Shown in pieces: positions 41,685 through 51,651 of a stretch of DNA of 64,000 bases. Origin of the DNA: an uncultured Chloroflexia bacterium (GTDB lineage: Bacteria; Chloroflexota; UBA6077; JACCZL01); NCBI GenBank assembly GCA_963765765.1, contig CAVXYC010000032.1, forward strand, positions 64,001-128,000, read 5' to 3'. Within the stretch, counting starts at the first letter, position 1. Every line of letters starts with the position of its first letter. The position numbers were made by a program, and so were the translations under genes. The notes beneath the pieces are model-generated. The model made no database searches. It was given only the letters and a program-made list of their open reading frames with translations, and was not told the DNA's origin.

Positions 41685-43694
41685 CTAGGTACGGGCTTCA
41701 AGTGCTCCAGCAAGGCGCGCGACACTCGGTGCCGTGAAGGCGTCCCAACGGTCCCCGGCCTGCTGAACCGCAAGGTCAAAATCGTCAGCAAGCAGCCAAC
41801 CTTCGGCAATCATCTCCTGGGCAACCTCGCGAACCCGTTTCAGATATCCGTCCCGCGTGCCGTAGCGCTCCTCCAATGATGGTCGCGGATCGCCAGACTC
41901 CTGCCGCTCGGTCTGGGTGCGGGCGAAGGGAATCGTGGAGCCAACCAGCGGGTTTCCGAAATAGAACTGCCCCTGCCCGCCTACGTCCGGATGCCGAGGG
42001 TTCCAACCCATGTAGGTTGCCAACGGCGCCCGGACGTCTAGAGGGCGCACCCCGGCGAGGTCGTTTGAGTCAGCGTCCACGGCCGAGACCCGCGTGACAT
42101 AAGCCTCACCCTCCTCAGGCGGTAGTCTCATCACACCTTCCGCGGCATTTGGACCGAAGTCCAGGCGACGGCGAACCGGCAGGACTGAAGGGAAGGTCAC
42201 GCCGGGAATTCGCTCGAACGACGCTTTGAGTGATTCACGAGTCACGGCGGTACCGTGGGCAAGTCGAGGGAACTCGCTGGGCGGCGGCTCCTTGCTATCA
42301 GATACCCATTCAACCAGGTTCAGAAATGCGGCTCGCAACAGCGGACGATAGTCCACCGTATTCATCGGATGGAGTGTTGGGATGCCATCTTCGGTGCGTG
42401 CGCTAAGAGGCAGCGAGCCAGCTCCATGCTGCGTCCCTGCGAGGAAATAATGGCGAACATCGGCCGGCGGCTCGATATCCACCGTGGCCTTGACATCCAT
42501 GTGCCCGAGTGAGCCGCCGCTCCACCAGTATTCCATCCCGCTATTGGTCGCGACGATCCGTGGCGTTGTGCCACTCACACGAAGGCGATCCAGGAGCCCG
42601 CCGTGCTCGTCGGTGACCGGGTCTTCCTCTGGTTCATAGGTAAATGGGAAGACGTTGCCCGGTGCCCGAAGGATGTTGGTTGATGGCTGCCCGTAGCGTA
42701 GATTGAACTCTCCGCGACGGGCGCTGCCGGTGTGGATGTGCACACCATCGAAGACCTGACGATTCTGAGCATCGCTATTCAGGCCCAGATAGAGAAACTC
42801 GCGCAGATAGCGACCTGTCTGGGACGCGCCGTACGCGTACGCCTGCTGAATGGATCCTGCGCAGGGGTTGCCATCCTCAGCCGAGCCGTATTTGAGGAAG
42901 GCCGTGGCATCGCGCATGGCGATAAACCCGAGCCCGATGATTGGCGCACCGGCGCTCTCGTAAACGATCTCGTAGACCTTGCCTGGCTCAAATCCGCCGT
43001 CGATGGTCAGGTAGCTGACATCGGGAACAAATCGACCGTCGTCGATTCGCCCGAACCGCCACTGGCTTCGATCGATCTCCGTGAGCGGACCGTCGGGGTC
43101 GTCGCGCACGGTGAGCGTGGCCGATGAGTTGTCCAAACTGGCCGCGGGAACGGGCTTGTGTCCCCGGTCGCACAGGGGCATGTGCGGCGTGACGGCGTTG
43201 AGCTGATATTGTACGTACGCCTGACCGACCAGGGGTTCGCCTTTTTCGTCAAGAGCATCCGGGAGATGAATCCGCTGGAGGCCGGGGCCATCGGGCACGT
43301 CATGCTGCCAGCCACACCAGAGCAATGTGAAACCGTGGCGCATAAGGAACCCGTCGCCCACGTCCAGCGCCTGGTCTGTCTTCGGTCCGCGCGCAGCCAT
43401 ATTGAGCGTGGCCAGTATCAGGTTGCGGCCGCGATTGATCACGTCGAACAGGACTTTGCCGTCTTCCCGCGGCAGCACTGGCTTGTGGACAAGGAAGTCG
43501 GAAGAGAAGTGCACCAGGCTGTCCGCGCCGGTTGGCGCACGGTCAATGTCGGTGATGACCTTCGCGCTGGGATCGCTGGGAGAAATCGCGAAGTGAATCG
43601 TTCCGCGGAGCGATTCGTAAGGACCGGTGTCGCCAAAGCTCATGCCATCGGCAACTGGCTGCCGTTCCTGAACCTCGAGATGCGTAACTGGCAT
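41685..43694 (-). CDS. Large alpha/beta-hydrolase-domain protein
   Basis: DVINRG, WCGWQ, YGASQTGRYLR, GTQH, DPRPSLEERY. Confidence 0.82.
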   Translation of the reverse strand: MPVTHLEVQERQPVADGMSFGDTGPYESLRGTIHFAISPSDPSAKVITDIDRAPTGADSLVHFSSDFLVHKPVLPREDGKVLFDVINRGRNLILATLNMAARGPKTDQALDVGDGFLMRHGFTLLWCGWQHDVPDGPGLQRIHLPDALDEKGEPLVGQAYVQYQLNAVTPHMPLCDRGHKPVPAASLDNSSATLTVRDDPDGPLTEIDRSQWRFGRIDDGRFVPDVSYLTIDGGFEPGKVYEIVYESAGAPIIGLGFIAMRDATAFLKYGSAEDGNPCAGSIQQAYAYGASQTGRYLREFLYLGLNSDAQNRQVFDGVHIHTGSARRGEFNLRYGQPSTNILRAPGNVFPFTYEPEEDPVTDEHGGLLDRLRVSGTTPRIVATNSGMEYWWSGGSLGHMDVKATVDIEPPADVRHYFLAGTQHGAGSLPLSARTEDGIPTLHPMNTVDYRPLLRAAFLNLVEWVSDSKEPPPSEFPRLAHGTAVTRESLKASFERIPGVTFPSVLPVRRRLDFGPNAAEGVMRLPPEEGEAYVTRVSAVDADSNDLAGVRPLDVRAPLATYMGWNPRHPDVGGQGQFYFGNPLVGSTIPFARTQTERQESGDPRPSLEERYGTRDGYLKRVREVAQEMIAEGWLLADDFDLAVQQAGDRWDAFTAPSVARLAGALEART

Positions 43695-43792
43695 GCTGAT
43701 CCCTCCCGCGTGTTGGCGCCAGTCTAGGCGCGACTTTGTAGGGGTGTCAATGAACGGACTGTAGGGCCAGCTATGATCCGAGCGCCCTATCC

Positions 43793-44209
43793 CTAGAGCT
43801 CCCCGTGTCCCTGGGTTTCGTCGCTGATCACCGCGTCTACTTCTATCTCTACCACCAGGCCTGGGCTGATCAGGCGACTTACCTCGACCATGGTGGCGGC
43901 GGGTCTTACACCGCGGAAATACTCTCCGTGGACTTGGCCAATGGCTTCCCAGTCATCAATGTTGGTGACGAATGTACGAGTCCGCACGACGTCCGTCATG
44001 CTGGCACCGGCTTCCTTGAGCGCGCGGTCGATCTCCTGCAGAATTAGCCGCGTCTGCTCCTGGCTGTTTCCTGGACTCAAGACGTCGCCGTTCTCATCCA
44101 CCGCCGTCGTCCCGGCCACGTGAACGTAGGGCCCTACGCGAACCGCGCGAGAGTAGCCAACGATCGACTCCCAGGGTGCGCCGCTGGAGATATTCTGCCG
44201 GTCCATCAT
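43793..44209 (-). CDS. RidA/YjgF family protein
   Basis: SSGAPWESIVGYSRAVRVG, VVRTR, RPAATMVEV, VEIE. Confidence 0.92.
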   Translation of the reverse strand: MMDRQNISSGAPWESIVGYSRAVRVGPYVHVAGTTAVDENGDVLSPGNSQEQTRLILQEIDRALKEAGASMTDVVRTRTFVTNIDDWEAIGQVHGEYFRGVRPAATMVEVSRLISPGLVVEIEVDAVISDETQGHGEL

Positions 44210-44265
44210 GAGGGCGTCTCCTCCAAGTGTTATCCTACGCGCCGACGCTGCCAGGGGATTTCGCC

Positions 44266-45249
44266 ATGCCAGATGCACTGCTGTTGACTGCATCAGATTT
44301 CGCGCCGCTTCGTGACGATCTCGCCGCGATGGATGGCGCGATAGACGCCGTTGAGCGCGCGACGCTCGAGCACCATCATGGGAAGAGCACTCAGGGGACA
44401 TTCTTCCATCGAGCGCCGGGCGCCGATGCCAACAACTCGTTCCGTCTTAGCATTGCTGCCGGCGACGGCATTCCGGCGGGCTTGCGCATGTTTGGCAACC
44501 CACCCAATACGCGCTGTTACATGCTGCTCGATGGGCCGTCGCTCAATCTGCTGGCGCTGATGGACTATGGAGTGTTGAACTCTATGCGGGTGGGCGCCAT
44601 TGGCGGTCTCGCCGCTCGGGCGCTGGCCCCGGATAACGCTCGCGTGGTGGGCATGCTCGGTTCCGGCTGGCAAGCTCACACGCAGGTCCAGGCGCTGCGA
44701 CGTGCCCTACCGGGGCTGGACTGCATTCGCGTGTACAGCCGAACCCTCGAGCATCGCGAGTCGTTTGCCCAGCAAATGACGGAGTGGGTGGACATTCGGG
44801 TGGAGGCCGTGGAATCCGCCGAGGCGGCTATTCGCGATGCCGATATCGTGGACATCGTTGCGCCGGGACACTTCGACAAGCGGGAGCTCCTGTTCGAGGG
44901 TGATTGGATCAAACCGGGCGCACTGGTCATTGCCATGGCCCCGAATCAGACGGATGCCAAGCTTGTGCAGCGATCCCGAGTGGTGGCCGCGACCGTGGAA
45001 GGTATTTTCGGTGGCGAGTCCCATTGGCCGCCGTTCGCTCAGCTCATCGAATCCGGCGAGTTCACCAAGAACGACATCACCACGCTAGGAGCCGTACTCG
45101 AGGATGGCGTGAATCCCCGGCGCTCGCCCGATGACATCGTCATCTACGAGCTCGAGAACACGTACGTGCATGATTTGTTCGTGGCCCAATGGGGATACGA
45201 GTGGGCATGCCAGCGAGGTCTGGGGAAGCCGTTCGATCTATCGGCGTGA
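44266..45249 (+). CDS. Ornithine cyclodeaminase / mu-crystallin family
   Basis: LNSMRVGAIGG, GMLGSGWQA, VYSR, WIKPG. Confidence 0.85.
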   Translation: MPDALLLTASDFAPLRDDLAAMDGAIDAVERATLEHHHGKSTQGTFFHRAPGADANNSFRLSIAAGDGIPAGLRMFGNPPNTRCYMLLDGPSLNLLALMDYGVLNSMRVGAIGGLAARALAPDNARVVGMLGSGWQAHTQVQALRRALPGLDCIRVYSRTLEHRESFAQQMTEWVDIRVEAVESAEAAIRDADIVDIVAPGHFDKRELLFEGDWIKPGALVIAMAPNQTDAKLVQRSRVVAATVEGIFGGESHWPPFAQLIESGEFTKNDITTLGAVLEDGVNPRRSPDDIVIYELENTYVHDLFVAQWGYEWACQRGLGKPFDLSA

Positions 45250-45261
45250 GACGACAGGCTG

Positions 45262-45361
45262 TTTGGACTGCGGCGGTCTTAGCCACTTTTGAGTCGGCTG
45301 GAAGCCTAGCGCGGACGCGCTCCGCGCTAGGCGAAAGCGGCTAAGACCGCCGCAGTCCAAA
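45262..45361. repeat. 100-bp nested palindrome (REP/MITE-like)
   Basis: Perfect 23-bp inverted repeat TTTGGACTGCGGCGGTCTTAGCC with an inner 12-bp hairpin GCCTAGCGCGGA/TCCGCGCTAGGC. Confidence 0.8.
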
Positions 45362-45387
45362 GTGCCCTAAAGGCGAATTTATAACGG

Positions 45388-45425
45388 ACAAAACGAACGG
45401 CCCGGGGAATCCCGGACCGTTCGTT
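45388..45425 (-). terminator. dnaK rho-independent terminator
   Basis: AACGAACGGTCCGGG-ATTC-CCCGGGCCGTTCGTT-TTGT on the minus strand. Confidence 0.8.
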
Positions 45426-45444
45426 CATCGTTTATTTGCGAAGG

Positions 45445-47376
45445 CTACTTGACTTCGCGGAACTCGCCCTCCACGGTGCCGCCGGGGCCTTGCGGTCCCT
45501 GTGAGCCGGGCTGGCCGGCCGCTGCGCCGGGCGTGCCGCTTGGCGCTGCACCGTCTTCGGGTTGCTCCTGTGCGCTGTAGACCGCCTGGCCGGCTGCCTG
45601 CATCGCCGTTTCGAGTGCGGTCACCGCTGTACCGATACGGGCCGTATCGTTAGCGGTGAGCGCCTCGCGCAACTCCTTCGTCGCATCCTCCACCTGTTTG
45701 CGGAGATCCTCGGGGATCTTGTCGCCGCTCTCGCGGACGAGCTTCTCCGCCGCGTAGGCAAGGTTGTCAGCTCGGTTGCGCGACTCGATCTCCTCGCGTC
45801 GCGCCTGATCCTCGGTTGCGTGGAGCTCGGCCTGACGCACCATCTCCTGGATCTCGGACTCGCTCAAACCTGAAGACGCCTGGATGACGATCTTCTGCTC
45901 TTTGCCGGTCGCGCGATCCTTGGCGGAGACCTTCAGGATGCCGTTCGCGTCGATATCGAAGGTGACTTCCACCTGTGGTAGCCCGCGTGGCGCCGGTAGG
46001 ATGCCATCCAGAATGAAGCGACCCAACGCTTTGTTCTCCGAGGCCAGCGGACGCTCGCCCTGAACCACGTGGATCTCCACCTGGGTCTGGTTGTCATCCG
46101 CGGTAGTGAAGACCTCGCTCTTTTGCGTTGGAATGGTGGTATTGCGTGGGATAAGCGTGGTCATCACGCCGCCCAGCGTCTCCACACCCAGAGAGAGCGG
46201 GGTAACGTCCAGGAGCAGTACATCCTTGACTTCGCCCTTGAGTACGCCTGCCTGGATGGCCGCGCCGATGGCCACAACTTCGTCGGGGTTGACGCCCTTG
46301 TGAGGCTCCTTGCCGAAGAATGCTTTGACCATCTCCTGCACGGCTGGCATGCGCGTCTGTCCGCCAACGAGGACCACCTCGTCCACTTGATTTGTGGACA
46401 TGCTGGCATCCTTGAGCGCCCGCTCGAGAGGAGTGCGGGTACGATCCACCAGGTCACCCACGAGCTGCTCTAGCTTGGCGCGGGTGAGCGTCATGGCCAG
46501 GTGCTTGGGGCCACTGGCATCGGCGGTGATGAACGGGAGGTTCAGCTCCGTTTGTTGCACGGTGGACAGCTCAATTTTGGCCTTCTCCGCGGCTTCCTTG
46601 AGACGCTGCAGAGCCATGCGATCCTGACGCAGATCAATCCCCTGATCGCGTTTGAACTCTTCCACGATCCAGTCGATGATGCGCTGGTCGAAGTCGTCGC
46701 CACCCAGATAGGTGTCGCCGTTCGTCGAGATGACTTCGAAGACGCCTTCACCGACGCGCAAGATCGAGATGTCGAAGGTTCCGCCGCCCAGGTCATAGAC
46801 CGCGATGACTTCCTCGCCTCCCTTCTTGTCCAAGCCGTAGGCAAGGCTGGCGGCGGTTGGCTCATTGATGATCCGAAGCACGTCTAGGCCAGCGATGCGC
46901 CCGGCATCTTTTGTGGCCTGGCGCTGCGCGTCATTGAAGTACGCGGGAACGGTAATGACCGCCTCGGTGATGGTCTCACCGAGCTTGGCCTCCGCGTCCG
47001 CCTTCAGCTTCTGGAGCACCATGGCGCTCACTTCAGGCGGGCTGTAGTCCTTATCGCCCATGACCACGCGGACATCGCCATTGGACGCAGCCTTGACCGC
47101 GTAGGGCAAACGATCGAGCGCGCGTCGCACGTCGGGGTCATCGTATTTTCGACCCATGAATCGCTTGATCGAGAACACCGTGTTCTCTGGATTGGTGATG
47201 GCCTGGCGCTTGGCGATCTGCCCCACATACCGCTCATTGCTCTTGGGGTTCATCGCCACAACGGATGGAGTCAGGCGGCTGCCCTCAGCGTTCTCGAGAA
47301 CGGTTGGCTCGCCCGCTTCCATGACCGCGATCACGGAGTTTGTTGTGCCCAGGTCAATCCCTAGTACTTTTGCCAT
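45445..47376 (-). CDS. dnaK: Chaperone DnaK
   Basis: [46 protein letters not shown]. Confidence 0.99.
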   Translation of the reverse strand: MAKVLGIDLGTTNSVIAVMEAGEPTVLENAEGSRLTPSVVAMNPKSNERYVGQIAKRQAITNPENTVFSIKRFMGRKYDDPDVRRALDRLPYAVKAASNGDVRVVMGDKDYSPPEVSAMVLQKLKADAEAKLGETITEAVITVPAYFNDAQRQATKDAGRIAGLDVLRIINEPTAASLAYGLDKKGGEEVIAVYDLGGGTFDISILRVGEGVFEVISTNGDTYLGGDDFDQRIIDWIVEEFKRDQGIDLRQDRMALQRLKEAAEKAKIELSTVQQTELNLPFITADASGPKHLAMTLTRAKLEQLVGDLVDRTRTPLERALKDASMSTNQVDEVVLVGGQTRMPAVQEMVKAFFGKEPHKGVNPDEVVAIGAAIQAGVLKGEVKDVLLLDVTPLSLGVETLGGVMTTLIPRNTTIPTQKSEVFTTADDNQTQVEIHVVQGERPLASENKALGRFILDGILPAPRGLPQVEVTFDIDANGILKVSAKDRATGKEQKIVIQASSGLSESEIQEMVRQAELHATEDQARREEIESRNRADNLAYAAEKLVRESGDKIPEDLRKQVEDATKELREALTANDTARIGTAVTALETAMQAAGQAVYSAQEQPEDGAAPSGTPGAAAGQPGSQGPQGPGGTVEGEFREVK

Positions 47377-47379
47377 TGA

Positions 47380-47970
47380 TTACTCACCTCCACCCTGGAG
47401 CATCGAAGAATGTTCGTGTGATTGAGATTCCGACTGCCCACCGCGGGCAACGGTGACCTGAGCCGGCCGGAGCACGCGATCGCCCATCACGTAGCCTGCG
47501 CCCATGACGCTGGCCACCTGGCCCTCGGCAAATCCCGCTCGCTCCTCATATGCCACAGCCTCGTGTCGTGCCGGATCGAAGACTTCACCAACTTGATCCA
47601 CCTTCTGCACATTGTGTGTGTCCAGCCACTGCTGCAGTTTGCGATGGATCAGTTGTACGCCCTCTGAAAATGACCCCTCCGTCGGAGCCGGCGCCACGCT
47701 TACCGCACGATCAAAGTCGTCCAGGATAGACAAGAGCGATCGGACAATGGCCGCCTGAGCAATCTCAACATCCGACTCGCGCTCGCGTTCGATTCGCTTC
47801 TTGTAGTTTGCGAAGTCAGCCTGCGTGCGCTGCGCAAGGTCAAGATATGCGTCGACCTTGCCTCGTAGCGAATCCAGCTCTTGCTGGAGCGCATCCTGCT
47901 CAGAGATCGGCTGCTCTTCTTCCTCCTGGAATTGCGGTTCCGAGGCGTCAGGCCGTTCGCCGTCCGCCAT
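47380..47970 (-). CDS. grpE: Nucleotide exchange factor GrpE
   Basis: ADFANYKKR, FDPARHEA, GYVMGDRVLRPAQVTV; GGAGG RBS. Confidence 0.95.
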   Translation of the reverse strand: MADGERPDASEPQFQEEEEQPISEQDALQQELDSLRGKVDAYLDLAQRTQADFANYKKRIERERESDVEIAQAAIVRSLLSILDDFDRAVSVAPAPTEGSFSEGVQLIHRKLQQWLDTHNVQKVDQVGEVFDPARHEAVAYEERAGFAEGQVASVMGAGYVMGDRVLRPAQVTVARGGQSESQSHEHSSMLQGGGE

Positions 47971-48169
47971 AGTGTCCTCCCAGCGGAACGACTCCGAGTC
48001 CACGCACGGCGCGTTCCGCGATGCTTTGCATCGAAACTACTCACACTCTACGATCCGAGCCGTAGGAACGGGGTATGAGGACTGTTAGAGATGTGTTGGA
48101 ATGACCGTCACACGTTCGGACGTGGAGATGAGCAGCGTGCGTGCCACGATCGCGGCTCGGGGATTTGCT

Positions 48170-48850
48170 CTACCGTCGGGCCAGCTCAGCTTCCAGCTCG
48201 TCCACGCAGTGCTCGACGTCGCGGTAGACCTCTTCACCGGCGAAGGAGATAATGCGCCACCCTTCCGCGCCGAGGTCGCGCACGCGGTCCCATCCTTCCA
48301 CGTGCTCGTGTGACTGCCAGGCCAGGATTTCCGCGCCCAGCAGTGTACGCGGGACTACGAAGTCCAGCCGATAGATCAGCACAGGCCGCTGGCACTCGAG
48401 ATGCAGCCCGCGACGCCAGGCGGCGGCGAAGAATCGTCGCTGCAGACTTGACTCGCACGCGGTCGCTTCGTGCCGAGCGCCCATCGGTAGACCGGCCAGC
48501 GGGTCCGGAGGATTTTCCGGGGCAGTGGAGGGCGGCGCGCCATTGACTCCCGGCCAGAGGACGACACTGAGTCGCACGTTGTCTTCCAATGCACTGCTCA
48601 GAGCTTCCGCGACACGGGTGCGCGTGACCGGATCGCTGAGCTGCTGATAATCCGGCTGCCACCAGCTCCCGAGCACCAGGTCCATGCCGCCATCAGGGAG
48701 TCGCTCCGCTGCCAAAGCCCGCGTCGATCGCTGGAGTGGCGCAGCCACATCTGGCCATTCATCACTGAGCCGAGCGAGCACGCCCTCCCAGGCCCAGACA
48801 ACTCGTCGGAACTCGATCAAAGTGCATTCATCCTTGGAAGAGGATAGCAC
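48170..48850 (-). CDS. Hypothetical protein with C-terminal DUF559 (Vsr-like) domain
   Basis: ESSLQRRF, QRPVLIYRLDF, DLGAEGWRIISFAGEEVYRD. Confidence 0.65.
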   Translation of the reverse strand: MLSSSKDECTLIEFRRVVWAWEGVLARLSDEWPDVAAPLQRSTRALAAERLPDGGMDLVLGSWWQPDYQQLSDPVTRTRVAEALSSALEDNVRLSVVLWPGVNGAPPSTAPENPPDPLAGLPMGARHEATACESSLQRRFFAAAWRRGLHLECQRPVLIYRLDFVVPRTLLGAEILAWQSHEHVEGWDRVRDLGAEGWRIISFAGEEVYRDVEHCVDELEAELARR

Positions 48851-48922
48851 GGCGGCCCCAGGGATAAGGGATTGGGGGCAAGGGGTTAGTAGGGTTGTTC
48901 CCCTAGATGCCAGAGGCCAAAT

Positions 48923-49735
48923 TCAGGGCGACGGAAACAGCACTTTCCACTGCCCCATGAGATTACGATTCCCAGAGATGGAGACCGTCCCGGCCTTTTC
49001 GAGTTCAGCGAGCGGCGCTCGGCCGTAAAGCCAGCGGATGAGCGGCGCTGCCGGTCCCTGGATAGTGAGCTCACCTTCCGAGACGCCTCGAGTGATGTTG
49101 GCGCCGGGTGACGTGGGGGCGATCTCCCAGGCGCCGTTGTCAACGTCTGATGCCAGCACTACGAATCGCGGCGATCCGGACTCGTCGGTCTTGTGCCAGG
49201 TGGGCACATTGCGCTCCAGCAGAACAGGGAGCAGATGCTGGCCGACGGACGGCGCGACCTCCTGCTCGCGATCGAGCGAGTGATAGAGATCCCAGCCATG
49301 GAAGGTAAGCTCGGACAGGCGCTGGTCCGCGAACCACCACGCGGGCTGCAGCCCCCGTGAATGAGGGCAGAGCGTCAGGAGAGAATTCCCGGACAGAGAT
49401 GCCAATCTGGATTTCAGCATGTCATGGTCGGCTCGGAGCGTCTCCAGGAGTTGAGAAGCGTTCAGGGAGGCCAGCTCGCGTTCACGCCGATCGCGTTCTT
49501 CCTGTGTAAGGGCAAAGGTTTTCTCCCCGCGCAATCCCGTGTCCACCATCGCCGTGAAGGTACCAGCGCTTCGCGCCAAGTGCGAGACGATGTCGCGAAC
49601 GACCCACCCCGGGCAGTTGGTAGAGCGCTGCCACTCACTTTCGCTGAGCCCCTCAACAGTGGAGCAGATTTCAGAAAACAGCCCTTCCTGCAGCGCGTGC
49701 GCCTTGTCTCGGTGGACTTCATGAGTCGATGGCAT
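48923..49735 (-). CDS. MDMPI / DinB-superfamily protein (paralog of 3364-4176)
   Basis: EWQRSTNCPGWVVRDIVSHL, SELTFHGWDL, RWLYGR, FPSP end. Confidence 0.85.
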   Translation of the reverse strand: MPSTHEVHRDKAHALQEGLFSEICSTVEGLSESEWQRSTNCPGWVVRDIVSHLARSAGTFTAMVDTGLRGEKTFALTQEERDRRERELASLNASQLLETLRADHDMLKSRLASLSGNSLLTLCPHSRGLQPAWWFADQRLSELTFHGWDLYHSLDREQEVAPSVGQHLLPVLLERNVPTWHKTDESGSPRFVVLASDVDNGAWEIAPTSPGANITRGVSEGELTIQGPAAPLIRWLYGRAPLAELEKAGTVSISGNRNLMGQWKVLFPSP

Positions 49736-49932
49736 GACAACCCCCTGTGCTGAGCTCGATGCGAAGTGATTATCCGATAGCTGCCGCCAGATCGTTGGGG
49801 ACCCTGGACTAGGACCGCCGGCGTGCCCCCCGACGCCGTAAGCGGGATCTCATCGTAGGCGTATGGTTGGCGTCAACTGGGGAGAAAGTCGCGCTGATCC
49901 GGACGGGGGATGCCGCGGTCCCAGGCAAGCTG

Positions 49933-51192
49933 CTACGGATAGATCCCGCGCACGCTGATGGCCTCGGCCACCCTGCCTATCGCCAGGTCCAGCGCCGACT
50001 CGCGGAGGATCAGCGGACTGGGCGCGCTTGCTAGCACCTGCTGGAAGCTGGTGGTCATGATTGCCGAGAGGCGCGCTCCCACCTCAGCCTCGCTCCAGAA
50101 GAGCCGCTGCATGCCCTGCACCCATTCGAAATAGGAGACAACAACGCCGCCGGCATTACACAGAATGTCAGGAATGACGATGATGCCGCGCTCCTGGAAA
50201 ATGCGGTCCGCGCCGGGGGTCGTCGGGCCGTTTGCGCCTTCGGCAATGAGCTTGGCACGCACGTGCGGTGCATTTCGTTCGGTGAGCTGTCCACCGAGCG
50301 CCGCCGGTACCAGGATGTCGCATTCCAGCTCTAGTAGCTCGGACGCAGTCACGGCGTCTGATCCCGGAAATCCGGCGATGCCGCCGGTCGTCTGCACATG
50401 CTTCTGGAGCGCCGCAAGATCCAGCCCCGCTGGGTTGTGTACAGCACCCGTGACATCGCCAATAGCCACGATCCGGCAACCCAGCTCAGCCAGCGCTTGC
50501 GCTGCTACGCCGCCAACATTGCCGAACCCCTGAATGACGACACGCTTTCCCTGCAGCGACCATTCGAGATAACGCGCCGCCTCCTGAACGCACAACGCCA
50601 CACCGCGGCCGGTGGCCTCGCGTCGTCCCAGAGAGCCGCCGATCTCCACAGGTTTACCCGTCACGACCTCAGGGATGGAGTAGCCCTTCTGCATAGAGTA
50701 GGTGTCCATGATCCAGGCCATGGACTGAGCATCCGTGCCCATATCGGGCGCCGGGATGTCCTCGCGCGGACCGATGATGGTGCTGATCTCCGTAGCGTAC
50801 CGACGCGTCAGGCGTTCTTTCTCCACCAGGGTCATTGAGCGCGGGTCGCAGGTGACGCCGCCCTTTGCTCCGCCGAAGGGCAGGCGTACCAGGGCGCATT
50901 TCCAGGTCATCGTCATGGCCAGCGAGCGAACCTCGTCGTCATCTACATCCATGGCAAATCGAATCCCGCCCTTGGCCGGGCCCCGAGCCGTGTTGTGCTG
51001 GATTCGGTATCCGGGGAATACCGAGGTGGAGCCGTCCTCGCGGAGCACAGGCACCTCCACGGCCAGCTCCCGCTGGCAAGCGCGCATGACCTGATGGAGC
51101 GAGGGTATGAGCGCGAGTCGCCGGGCGGAGGCATCGAGCTGCTGGAGTGAGATCTCCCAGGGGTTGGAGCTCTCGGCGCTCACGTGCGTCAT
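49933..51192 (-). CDS. gdhA: Glu/Leu/Phe/Val dehydrogenase
   Basis: RGPAKGGIRF, PFGGAKGG, DIPAPDMGT, QGFGNVG, EGANGP, NAGGVVVSYFEW. Confidence 0.93.
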   Translation of the reverse strand: MTHVSAESSNPWEISLQQLDASARRLALIPSLHQVMRACQRELAVEVPVLREDGSTSVFPGYRIQHNTARGPAKGGIRFAMDVDDDEVRSLAMTMTWKCALVRLPFGGAKGGVTCDPRSMTLVEKERLTRRYATEISTIIGPREDIPAPDMGTDAQSMAWIMDTYSMQKGYSIPEVVTGKPVEIGGSLGRREATGRGVALCVQEAARYLEWSLQGKRVVIQGFGNVGGVAAQALAELGCRIVAIGDVTGAVHNPAGLDLAALQKHVQTTGGIAGFPGSDAVTASELLELECDILVPAALGGQLTERNAPHVRAKLIAEGANGPTTPGADRIFQERGIIVIPDILCNAGGVVVSYFEWVQGMQRLFWSEAEVGARLSAIMTTSFQQVLASAPSPLILRESALDLAIGRVAEAISVRGIYP

Positions 51193-51234
51193 GGCTGAAG
51201 TATCTCGTGGTTACCGTGTTCGAATCAAAGCAGC

Positions 51235-51647
51235 TTATTCTGCGCAGATTCCGCAGCCCATGCTTCGCCGGGCCGACCAGTACCGCGGGCTCGCGGCTGG
51301 TACACGTCCAGCACCCCCAGCGGCCGGCCACGGTCCGCCACGAGCCGCCGGTGCGATAGCCGCGGCGCACTTCGGTGCGTAGGGAGCGCCCGGCCTGCAG
51401 CCGGTGCCGCAGCGCCTCCTCCAGCGCCTCCTCAGGATGCGCTGGACGAGCGGCTTCGTTCGGTGCTGATGTCCCCCCACACCTGCTCCTCGTGTTGTGA
51501 TTCGGCGAAGCGCTCGGCCAGAGTGCGGTCAGTCAGGGCTTTGACTCTGGGCATGGGGTGGACATCCTTCGGATGTCTCGACCACTGCAGCGGAGCGTCC
51601 GCCCGTGCTCTTTCCTCAAATCTACACAAGAATTCTTACGCTACCCC
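51235..51647 (-). mobile_element. IS256-family remnant (left end plus truncated transposase)
   Basis: End-like GGGTAGCGTAAGAATTCTTGTGT; frameshifted ORF from 51554 reads LVQRIL-EEALEEALRHRLQAGRSLRTEVRRGYRTG..RTVAGRWG, typical of the IS256 N-terminus. Confidence 0.6.
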
Positions 51648-51651
51648 CAGA

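Noticed and set aside
47971-48170. CIRCE or HAIR heat-shock operator upstream of grpE
   Set aside because: No TTAGCACTC-N9-GAGTGCTAA or CTTGAGT-N7-ACTCAAG found by eye.
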